From: a virus
Lineage: Duplodnaviria; Caudoviricetes
IMG/VR virus record: IMGVR_UViG_3300037067_009128
Span: 1 to 64,000 of that record
DNA length: 64,000 nucleotides
Direction: 5' to 3' (one strand)
The notes under the pieces are model-generated. The model saw nothing but the letters and a program-made list of their open reading frames with translations, had not been told where the DNA came from and did not search any database. The position numbers and the translations under genes are program-made. Shown here in pieces: positions 29,184 through 37,102 of the stretch (position 1 is the stretch's first letter; each line of letters starts with the position of its first letter).

Positions 29184-30254
29184 TTACATCTCCAAGAATT
29201 TTTGTTCTACTCGTTTATAAATTTGAATACCATAATCTATATATCCTTGAGGTTTTCCATTAGCAAATTCTTTTATCTTTTCATATCTATTAGTATGGGA
29301 TTTTATATACTCAATATTACTCGTTTCATCTTTGACAATTTCTGTTTTAGGTATGATCTTTAAAGGTTTGTATTCTTTGAATACATCAATAATAGTAGAT
29401 TTATTATCTACAAGCCAATTCTTAGAACCTTTGATTCTAAGTTTAAATACTGATCCTTCAGGTATTGTATTCTTCTCTAAATATTCTCCAACTTCTTCAA
29501 CAGTATCTTCATTAATATTAAACTCATAAAATGATCTTTTTTCAAGTGTATGAAATATTAATTTATTTTTGGTATAATCATAAATTCCAAATCCTTTTTC
29601 TATACCTATTTCAGAAAAGTCTTTGATTGCAGGTGAACCTATATACCATATATTCTTCTTTATTTTTTGATATTTGTGGTAATGAGAAAGTCCTACAAAT
29701 CTATATTTAGAAAATATTATTGGAGATAATCCTTTTCCTGTAATATGTTCAGTTGATGTTACTGCTCCATTAATTTCAAGATGTCCAAGTACAATTAAAT
29801 TCTCATCAGCATTTTCAGTAATCAATTCTGTTAATCCTTCAATATCATTATTCCAAGGAATAAATAAGATCTTATCTTTATATATCATTGGTTCATCTGC
29901 AATTATAAGTTCTTTATATTCTAATTGATTAAGTATAGCCTGTTCTGTTAAAAATGAATGAGAAACTTGTATGCCATCATGGTTTCCAGGAATAATAATA
30001 ATTGGGAAGTATTTAAGATAAGGTAATAATACTTCATAGAAATGTGATTTTAATTTCTCATTAGGATTCATCTTATCAAATATATCACCAAGGAATGCAA
30101 ATAAATCAACACCTTCTAATTTTGATATAGACAATGCTTCTTTGATACCATCAAACTTATCAAGAGTCCTAATTGAGAACCCAGTGGATGAGTCGAGATT
30201 GGAATATGGATCTTGAACTTGAAGATGTATATCACCTATAAATCCTATTTTCAT
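29184..30254 (-). CDS. sbcD: Mre11/SbcD-like nuclease (gp47-like)
   Basis: GDIH, GDIFD, GNHD, GH, SHYH, YIGSP motifs. Confidence 0.9.
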   Translation of the reverse strand: MKIGFIGDIHLQVQDPYSNLDSSTGFSIRTLDKFDGIKEALSISKLEGVDLFAFLGDIFDKMNPNEKLKSHFYEVLLPYLKYFPIIIIPGNHDGIQVSHSFLTEQAILNQLEYKELIIADEPMIYKDKILFIPWNNDIEGLTELITENADENLIVLGHLEINGAVTSTEHITGKGLSPIIFSKYRFVGLSHYHKYQKIKKNIWYIGSPAIKDFSEIGIEKGFGIYDYTKNKLIFHTLEKRSFYEFNINEDTVEEVGEYLEKNTIPEGSVFKLRIKGSKNWLVDNKSTIIDVFKEYKPLKIIPKTEIVKDETSNIEYIKSHTNRYEKIKEFANGKPQGYIDYGIQIYKRVEQKFLEM

Positions 30255-30649
30255 TGTCCATTCTCAAATTGTCTAACATAATCTCTTGCTGCTATCAAAT
30301 AAGAATTATGAGATCCTATGGGTAAATCTTGTTCAGTTGGATAAAGTTCTTTTATATATTCTCTTGCAATCTTTACAGCATCTATTACTCTTTTCTGTTT
30401 TACTAATTTTTTTATTTCTTCGTTAATAATACCCTCTTTTATGACTTTTTCAACTTTATCTGCATAAGGTTCATCTGATTTGCAAATGAAATAAAGATTC
30501 TGTTCTATTACAGGAGTAAGAGCTGTTACAGCATCTTCAAGTTTAATAACTTCAGATTCTAAATTTAATTCTCTTATTTTTTCATTATTATAAAGATCTT
30601 TTCTTGGAATAACTAAATACTTATCTTTTTGATTAAAAAGTTTACTCAT
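30251..30649 (-). CDS. Hypothetical protein
   Basis: Probable start ATG 30649 after GAGG. Confidence 0.55.
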   Translation of the reverse strand: MSKLFNQKDKYLVIPRKDLYNNEKIRELNLESEVIKLEDAVTALTPVIEQNLYFICKSDEPYADKVEKVIKEGIINEEIKKLVKQKRVIDAVKIAREYIKELYPTEQDLPIGSHNSYLIAARDYVRQFENGQ

Positions 30650-30848
30650 GGTTTTCTTCCTCAATTTTTTGAATTAATTTACTTCCAGCTTTTAAAGGGT
30701 CTTTTTTTACAAATGGGTGGCATTTATCACAAATAATACTATTATGGATAATATCTGCTGTTTTTTCAAAACCACAAAATGAACATTTATATAAACCTGC
30801 CTCATCTGTTATATCTTTTATTTTCACCATATATGCAATAGTCGTCAT
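30642..30848 (-). CDS. Small zinc-finger protein
   Basis: CSFCG...ICDKC, ClpX-type C4 finger pattern. Confidence 0.6.
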   Translation of the reverse strand: MTTIAYMVKIKDITDEAGLYKCSFCGFEKTADIIHNSIICDKCHPFVKKDPLKAGSKLIQKIEEENHE

Positions 30849-31525
30849 ATTACTTTTGTCCTTCTTTTCTTACGTTTAAGTCCTTTTTCTTTTAATCTTT
30901 TTTCTTTCATTTCAAATCTTTGTTTTACATATTCTTGCCCCATTTGCATTATTTTAATTTGAGCACATCCTAAACATATAGCATCAGCTGTATTTTCATC
31001 TTTAGGTTTCAATTCTAAATTGAATGTTTCATTGACATAAAATATAGTAACATGCTTTATGTTAATTAACCCTTTTTCTTTTTTTCTCTTTAATCTTTTA
31101 TTATAAGCTTTTACTTCATCATCAACTTTAATATTTAGTAACTTTCTCCATTCAGAAGTATCAATATATTTAATTGGTAAACGATTATTTATAAGTTGTG
31201 TACATAATGAGAAATGTAACCATTCAAGTATTTTTTGAGTAGCTCTATTCATAGAACGATTAGTTTGTTCTATAATAATTAATGTCTCAATCATTGGATT
31301 AATTTCTAACAAAATCTGTTTCATTAATTTATTAATAAAACTTATTACTTTATAATACATATCATACGGATGGTCATTCCCAAGAGGATCATTTTGTTTG
31401 AGTTTATCAGTTTTCTCTTTTCCAAAAATAGTATAATAATGTATGAGTTTATATTGATTTGTTTCATCAATATCAAAAACTGCAATTCCTGTGTTTAAAC
31501 TTAAATCAATAGAAATTAATCTCAT
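30845..31525 (-). CDS. ruvC: RuvC-like Holliday junction resolvase
   Basis: ISIDLSLNTGIAVFD, IIIEQ, SEWRK, DENTADAICLG. Confidence 0.8.
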   Translation of the reverse strand: MRLISIDLSLNTGIAVFDIDETNQYKLIHYYTIFGKEKTDKLKQNDPLGNDHPYDMYYKVISFINKLMKQILLEINPMIETLIIIEQTNRSMNRATQKILEWLHFSLCTQLINNRLPIKYIDTSEWRKLLNIKVDDEVKAYNKRLKRKKEKGLINIKHVTIFYVNETFNLELKPKDENTADAICLGCAQIKIMQMGQEYVKQRFEMKEKRLKEKGLKRKKRRTKVI

Positions 31526-31890
31526 TTTAATAAATACTCCCAATTTTGAGGTATTTCATGAGGATCAATACAATATTCAGGATATTTAATTTTTTCTTTT
31601 ACTTCAGTAGATTTTTCTCTTTTTCTTCCTTTTCTCTTGAATTGTATACGATTTTTATGGATCATATTTCCAGTAGTGATCACTTTATACTTCCCAAATA
31701 AGATTTTATTAGTATCTGCATATTGTGATATAATTGCACCACCTAAACTTCTATAATTTTTATTTTCAGTTAATCCTAAATTAATTAAATATTTAGCAAC
31801 ATCATAAGAAGAACCCACAAAAGGTTCTTCTTCGTTGTTGATGTCCATTAATTTAATTTCTTTACTATCTTTATTGTTTATATAAATCAT
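31522..31890 (-). CDS. Hypothetical protein (possible small DNA-binding domain)
   Basis: ATGA-coupled; SSYDVAKYL helix, basic C-terminus. Confidence 0.5.
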   Translation of the reverse strand: MIYINNKDSKEIKLMDINNEEEPFVGSSYDVAKYLINLGLTENKNYRSLGGAIISQYADTNKILFGKYKVITTGNMIHKNRIQFKRKGRKREKSTEVKEKIKYPEYCIDPHEIPQNWEYLLK

Positions 31891-32900
31891 TTCTTTTTGA
31901 ATTTAACTCCTTTAACAGTGTTAGAATCTATTTCTTGTCCAGAGATATCTTCAACTTCTTTTTCACTACCATCAAGTTCTACAATCAAACCAGAACGTAG
32001 CATTTTAAATTCAGCAGATCTTCCAGGAGGAGCAACTTTATTTTTATCAGCTTTAATACTTATTATTTTAAAATCAGGACTACCAAATGCATCTTTCTTT
32101 TGAGATTGTTTTTTATAAGTCATTCTTAACCTAATTGATGCATCAAATTTTCCAGCTTCACCTCCCGATACAGATGTAGCATCACCCCATGTCACACCTG
32201 GTTTTATTTTCATATGATTTATCATCAAAAGAGTTGTACATTTATCTTGAAGTTTATGTAAATGTTCTTCAAGTACTCCCCCAATTTTATAGATTTTATC
32301 AGATCTTATTAAATCTCCCTTATTGTAATCACCATTCTTTTTCATTGTTCCTGGAGGTCCAATATAATAACCAGAACGTAATCTTTTGTAAAAGTCTGTT
32401 AACATTTTTGCTTGTGCATAATTTTCATATTGTGAAAAATTTGCTTGATCATATCCTACTGTAGCTGCAGTATCAGGTAATATAGCAGCTTGTGAATCTA
32501 TTACATACAAATCAACAATATTTAAAGCAAAAGTTAACATTGCTTGATACAAAGCATCATCTCCTGATGCTGTATCCATCATATTTAACATTTTTCTATC
32601 TAAATTCATACTATCCGTATATTCAGGTCCAGGAAATGTTCCTTCTCTATCATCCCAATTAGTTATCAAACCTTCTCTCTGGTAATCACCTACAATATTA
32701 ATAGCTAATGTTGTTTTACCAACTGATGGAGGAGCATATAATTCAATAGTTCTACCTCTTGGTATTCCTCCACAACCAAGAACTATATCATTTAAACTTG
32801 GCAAATGAGTAGGAACTATTTCTACAGGAGCTATTTCATCTGCAGTTTTTATACCCGGAAAATATTTCTTTATATCACTATTATCAGTGTAGTCATTCAT
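31887..32900 (-). CDS. recA: RecA/UvsX recombinase
   Basis: GGIPRGRTIELY, PSVGKTT, VIDS, SGGEAGKFDASIRL, KNKVAPP. Confidence 0.9.
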   Translation of the reverse strand: MNDYTDNSDIKKYFPGIKTADEIAPVEIVPTHLPSLNDIVLGCGGIPRGRTIELYAPPSVGKTTLAINIVGDYQREGLITNWDDREGTFPGPEYTDSMNLDRKMLNMMDTASGDDALYQAMLTFALNIVDLYVIDSQAAILPDTAATVGYDQANFSQYENYAQAKMLTDFYKRLRSGYYIGPPGTMKKNGDYNKGDLIRSDKIYKIGGVLEEHLHKLQDKCTTLLMINHMKIKPGVTWGDATSVSGGEAGKFDASIRLRMTYKKQSQKKDAFGSPDFKIISIKADKNKVAPPGRSAEFKMLRSGLIVELDGSEKEVEDISGQEIDSNTVKGVKFKKK

Positions 32901-32902
32901 TA

Positions 32903-34051
32903 TTAGAACCTCTTAACTTTTAATTTTGATAAACCACTTTTTCCAGGTACTGGAGTTTCTTTAACAGTAGTTTTAACTTCTTCTTTCGGTTCTTCTGAAG
33001 TTGTGGTTTCTTCTTGTTCTTCAGTTACTTTTTGTTCTTCAACTTTCTTTTTACCGAATGTAACACTTGATTTTACTCCAGGAGTTTGAGCAGCCTGTCT
33101 TGGTTCATTTACTTCACCATTTGCAGAAAAATGAACAGTCTTTAACCCAAGTTCATGAAGACCTTGCTCAAATTGAGGAGTCTGTGGGAACTTATAAGCT
33201 CCTGTAGAAGGAGTAATTGCAGAAAGATTAATTGGATATTTAACTAACTTTTCAATGATTTCAGTTTCAGATAATGGTTTAATTACTTCTTCTAAATCAA
33301 TTGTGCATTCATCAATTGCATCAATTAATTCTTGAGGAAATACCATTTCTCTACCTGATTGCATTAAAGTAGCATATAATTCAGGATTATTTTTAATTTG
33401 ATTAAGATCTTCAGGTAATTCGTCATCACTTGATGCAATACCAAGTTGTAAGATTATAGATTCAAAATCGAGATTTAACCATTCAGCAGGAATTTTAGCT
33501 CTAAATTGATTATCACCATAAGCAGTAGCTTCATATTTAGTTCCAAATCTTGCAGGTTTTCCCTTTTCAACAGTCTTTTCAATGTTAATATCATACATCC
33601 ACATTAAACCGTTTTCAAGACATTCTGGGTCTTTTAAATCTAATTTAGTTTCTAATTTAATGATACTTTTTTTAACACTAGTTGGGGCTTTTAAAGGTTT
33701 AATTTTAAAATCACTTTTACCTAAAACATTAGAAGCAAGATAAATCCAATTTGTTTGAGGTTTAAAACCACAATCAGGTTTTTCTTCACCGAGGTCAATT
33801 CTTGTTTTTAATTCAAAATTATAAAGTGATTCAACAATACCTGTACTTTCAAGAATATTTAATGCTACAAAAGATGCTTTTTGTTTCTTTTGTTCATCTT
33901 CGACAATAACAGGTACAAAGACAACTATTTGTTTTTGAGGACCTTGAAGAATCCTAAAAAGATTAGGACCTTCTTTCAATTCATGCATATCTTCCATAAC
34001 ATTGGTTGATTGCATTGCTTTTCTTTGACTATCACTAGTTCCGACTTTCAT
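32903..34051 (-). CDS. Single-stranded DNA-binding protein (gp32-like)
   Basis: LKEGPNLFRIL, YDINIEK..G...GTKYE; low-complexity tail; adjacent to RecA. Confidence 0.6.
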   Translation of the reverse strand: MKVGTSDSQRKAMQSTNVMEDMHELKEGPNLFRILQGPQKQIVVFVPVIVEDEQKKQKASFVALNILESTGIVESLYNFELKTRIDLGEEKPDCGFKPQTNWIYLASNVLGKSDFKIKPLKAPTSVKKSIIKLETKLDLKDPECLENGLMWMYDINIEKTVEKGKPARFGTKYEATAYGDNQFRAKIPAEWLNLDFESIILQLGIASSDDELPEDLNQIKNNPELYATLMQSGREMVFPQELIDAIDECTIDLEEVIKPLSETEIIEKLVKYPINLSAITPSTGAYKFPQTPQFEQGLHELGLKTVHFSANGEVNEPRQAAQTPGVKSSVTFGKKKVEEQKVTEEQEETTTSEEPKEEVKTTVKETPVPGKSGLSKLKVKRF

Positions 34052-34063
34052 TGTTTTCTCCTT

Positions 34064-34366
34064 TTAAGTGTTTAAAACATCTTTGATTAAATTCCAACAT
34101 TCTTCTTTATGATCCCATTTATATAATTTATGATCAGTTCCATCTTGTTTATGAATGAATATATAAATATTATTTATGTTTATATCTATTCTTTCCATTT
34201 CTTCTAACAAAATTTCAGGATCTTGTTGTAATAAACTTTCTAAATCTTTTGTAGGACCGTCAAGACCACTAAATTCATTAATTTCTCTACAAACTGCTAT
34301 TGAAAAAGTTTTTTCTCTAATAATAGGCCCTATTCCAGGTTTATATTTTCCAGGATACACTCCCAT
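34064..34366 (-). CDS. Hypothetical protein
   Basis: Coupled ORF. Confidence 0.5.
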   Translation of the reverse strand: MGVYPGKYKPGIGPIIREKTFSIAVCREINEFSGLDGPTKDLESLLQQDPEILLEEMERIDININNIYIFIHKQDGTDHKLYKWDHKEECWNLIKDVLNT

Positions 34367-34659
34367 TATTTCTTCCTTTTATAAAATGGACAAGAATTAC
34401 AACTAACTAATTTTGCCCCAGTTGCTGCATATTGAGTAATATATTCATCTTCATTGCAATAAAAAATTTCAGTATTTTCACCTTTTAATTTATCAACAAA
34501 CATATGAATACAGTCTTTATTTAATTTTGTAGCAGAAATATAAAAAGGAACAGCTACAGTTTCATTACATTTTTCAATAAAATTAAAATATCTTTCAATA
34601 TTAAACAAGATTTTAAATCTTTCAACTCTTTCAAGATCTTTGATTAAATCATATGGCAT
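34366..34659 (-). CDS. Hypothetical Cys-containing protein
   Basis: C..H, YC, CNSCPFY; coupled ORF. Confidence 0.5.
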   Translation of the reverse strand: MPYDLIKDLERVERFKILFNIERYFNFIEKCNETVAVPFYISATKLNKDCIHMFVDKLKGENTEIFYCNEDEYITQYAATGAKLVSCNSCPFYKRKK

Positions 34660-35191
34660 TTTCGTATCCTTTATTACCTTTAACTTGTTGTCTTCTATCT
34701 AACCATGCTTTTAATATCCAAATTCTTTGCGATAATATCTCATCAAATTCTTTTAAAAACTCTGTTTGTAAACTTAACTCATTAATATAATCTGTTTTTT
34801 CAGTATACATTTGCATATTTTTTGATATAACTTTATTAAATATATCTTTTTCTTTTAAAGCTGGAAATTGTCTTCTTATTTCATCAGATTGATTTGATAT
34901 AAATACTTTTAATTTTGTTTCTTCAAACCTCTTAGTTTTTTCTAAATCAATTCTTGTTGACAAGAATGTTGTTCTATATGCTGAACCATCAACTAATGAA
35001 TCATTAATATCTTTATCACTTAATTCATCAATTGGTTTATTAAATTTAACTAAAGGCTCTAAATCAAGTTTATACTGTCTTGAACCTATATACAACATAC
35101 GTTCAAATATATTCTCAGAGGCCCATAAATTTTCTATACTTATTGAGCTTTCTTCATCATTATTGTTATTATTTATTCTTCCAATTTTCAT
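34649..35191 (-). CDS. Possible UvsY-like recombination mediator
   Basis: Long helical protein upstream of SSB and RecA. Confidence 0.4.
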   Translation of the reverse strand: MKIGRINNNNNDEESSISIENLWASENIFERMLYIGSRQYKLDLEPLVKFNKPIDELSDKDINDSLVDGSAYRTTFLSTRIDLEKTKRFEETKLKVFISNQSDEIRRQFPALKEKDIFNKVISKNMQMYTEKTDYINELSLQTEFLKEFDEILSQRIWILKAWLDRRQQVKGNKGYENAI

Positions 35192-35212
35192 AAATTCAAT
35201 TTTTATTGTTTA

Positions 35213-35228
35213 CAAATATAGTACTTCA
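35213..35228 (-). promoter_or_regulatory. Putative promoter -7 element TAnnTTTG
   Basis: Minus strand tgaagtacTATATTTGtaa in an intergenic gap. Confidence 0.55.
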
Positions 35229-35244
35229 TTTATTTCTTATATGT

Positions 35245-36276
35245 CTATTTGATTAGTTTTAGCCAATGTTTAAAAAGTTGAGGACCTAGAAAGTTATTAA
35301 CAAAGTATCCTATCTTTTTATATTTTTTAATACTTGGTTTTTTAACTACAATAAATTCTCTTTTTCCATCTGCATCATTACTAAATGTATACCATAGCAT
35401 ACTGTTTAAATCAAATAAAAGAAATGGGATTTTATAAACTCTACAATATTCTAAAAACCACATATCAGGAGAAACTAAATCACCTATATCAGAATTACAA
35501 GAAGATAAACAAACACCTACTTCTGACTCTCTTAAAACCATAGCAATTCTTCTAATAATTGAGTTTCTTACTTCATTGATAGATGGGAAATTATCACAAG
35601 TTATTTGAATTGATGACATTACTTGATTAACTGAACCCATGTCCAAAGGGCTCACAATCCTTTTCTCTACTGATGGTATATCTTTAACTGTTTGGTTAGC
35701 ATCAATGATTTGTATAAGTTTGACATCTTTTTTCTCTTCAATGAAATCAAAGAATTTATTATCAAAGTAAGTGTTATTTGTACAAGTTAAATATTGAGTA
35801 CCTAAGAATAGATTATTATAAATTCTAAACTCATTAGCTGTAACAGTTACCATCTCTTCAAGTTTTTTATCAATCCCATAATTTATAAGAACATCAGTTC
35901 CAGTAATATCACACCCAATTAATAATAATCTTATATTGTTAATTATATCATTGTAGAATAAAGATTCATGCTTTTTATTAATGCTTTCAAGTTTATCAGC
36001 ATTTTCTTTTGATGAGAAGAAAATATTAATAATCATAGGTCGTTGAGATTCTTTAGCAATATCATTGTAAATATTTAATGCTAATATCTCTAATTCAAAT
36101 TCAGAATTAAAAGTATGATACGTTCTGAATGTTTGATATTTTGATGTAGATTTGTCTTTTATCATTATACCATAAGCACCTCTTTTTTCAAAGTCTTTTG
36201 ATATAACTCCTTGAACATAAATATTGATATTTGATAAGTCTAGATTACTTAAATCATACATGGTTTTAACCTTCAA
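35245..36276 (-). CDS. Degenerate RNase H-like N-domain plus unknown Rossmann-like C-domain
   Basis: NIYVQG..GAYGIMI..ELEILAL..IFFSS mirrors RNase HI IYTDG..E..DS but without the Asp residues. Confidence 0.4.
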   Translation of the reverse strand: MKVKTMYDLSNLDLSNINIYVQGVISKDFEKRGAYGIMIKDKSTSKYQTFRTYHTFNSEFELEILALNIYNDIAKESQRPMIINIFFSSKENADKLESINKKHESLFYNDIINNIRLLLIGCDITGTDVLINYGIDKKLEEMVTVTANEFRIYNNLFLGTQYLTCTNNTYFDNKFFDFIEEKKDVKLIQIIDANQTVKDIPSVEKRIVSPLDMGSVNQVMSSIQITCDNFPSINEVRNSIIRRIAMVLRESEVGVCLSSCNSDIGDLVSPDMWFLEYCRVYKIPFLLFDLNSMLWYTFSNDADGKREFIVVKKPSIKKYKKIGYFVNNFLGPQLFKHWLKLIK

Positions 36277-36580
36277 TTAAAGGAATTTCTGGATGATTAA
36301 CTCTGTATGAGTTTAAGACTGTATCAACAATCCATTCTTCAAAATAACCATGGTCATCATTTTGAGCAAGATTAAACATTTCAAGTCTTGTTCCTTTCTT
36401 GAAATATTTTATAAATCGTCCATCTTTATATTCTTCAACTTTATTATCTTTAACCCATTGTTTTAAAGGTTCTAATTCATATGCTATTGCAACAACATTA
36501 GGTATTTTCTTACTAGTATTAGCCATGTGATTTAATCTTAAACTATAAATCTTTATTTGAGTTACTTGTCTTGTTTCCAT
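36266..36580 (-). CDS. Hypothetical protein
   Basis: GAGG RBS. Confidence 0.55.
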   Translation of the reverse strand: METRQVTQIKIYSLRLNHMANTSKKIPNVVAIAYELEPLKQWVKDNKVEEYKDGRFIKYFKKGTRLEMFNLAQNDDHGYFEEWIVDTVLNSYRVNHPEIPLIEG

Positions 36581-36582
36581 GT

Positions 36583-36846
36583 TTAATCCTCATAAGCTTC
36601 TTTTTGTAATTCTTCAATATTTTCTTTAATATAATCAGATAATCCTTGAAATCCTTCATCTTCAAACTTATTATCAAATCCTCTGAATTTTACTCTAGCT
36701 GGATACGTATTTATTATATGTCCATCTTCATCAGTGTTACATATTATAGCCCATCCAAATAAATGAAGTGATCTATTAACCCACCATAATAATTTTGATT
36801 CTCTGAATTCTTCCCATGATTTTTCAAAAACCATTCGTTCTGACAT
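36583..36846 (-). CDS. Hypothetical protein
   Basis: AAGGAG RBS. Confidence 0.6.
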   Translation of the reverse strand: MSERMVFEKSWEEFRESKLLWWVNRSLHLFGWAIICNTDEDGHIINTYPARVKFRGFDNKFEDEGFQGLSDYIKENIEELQKEAYED

Positions 36847-36859
36847 TTTATATCTCCTT

Positions 36860-37102
36860 TTATGTGTTTAATTCTTTATTATAAAACCAATTAGCTACCC
36901 ACAAATTTCCTATAGTATCAAGTCTACACTTTGATTTAGGTATCCATTTTTCATCATAATTCCATTTTATTTGAATAGCCAATTCTGTTTCAAATAAAAC
37001 TATTGATGTATTATCTAAAATCTTTTTATAATTAAAAACATCATGAGGTAATATATCAATATTCAAGTTTACAACTGGTACATTTGGAATTTTATTAGCC
37101 AT
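36860..37102 (-). CDS. Hypothetical protein
   Basis: ETELAIQI..EKWIPKS, small beta protein directly after PolA. Confidence 0.55.
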   Translation of the reverse strand: MANKIPNVPVVNLNIDILPHDVFNYKKILDNTSIVLFETELAIQIKWNYDEKWIPKSKCRLDTIGNLWVANWFYNKELNT

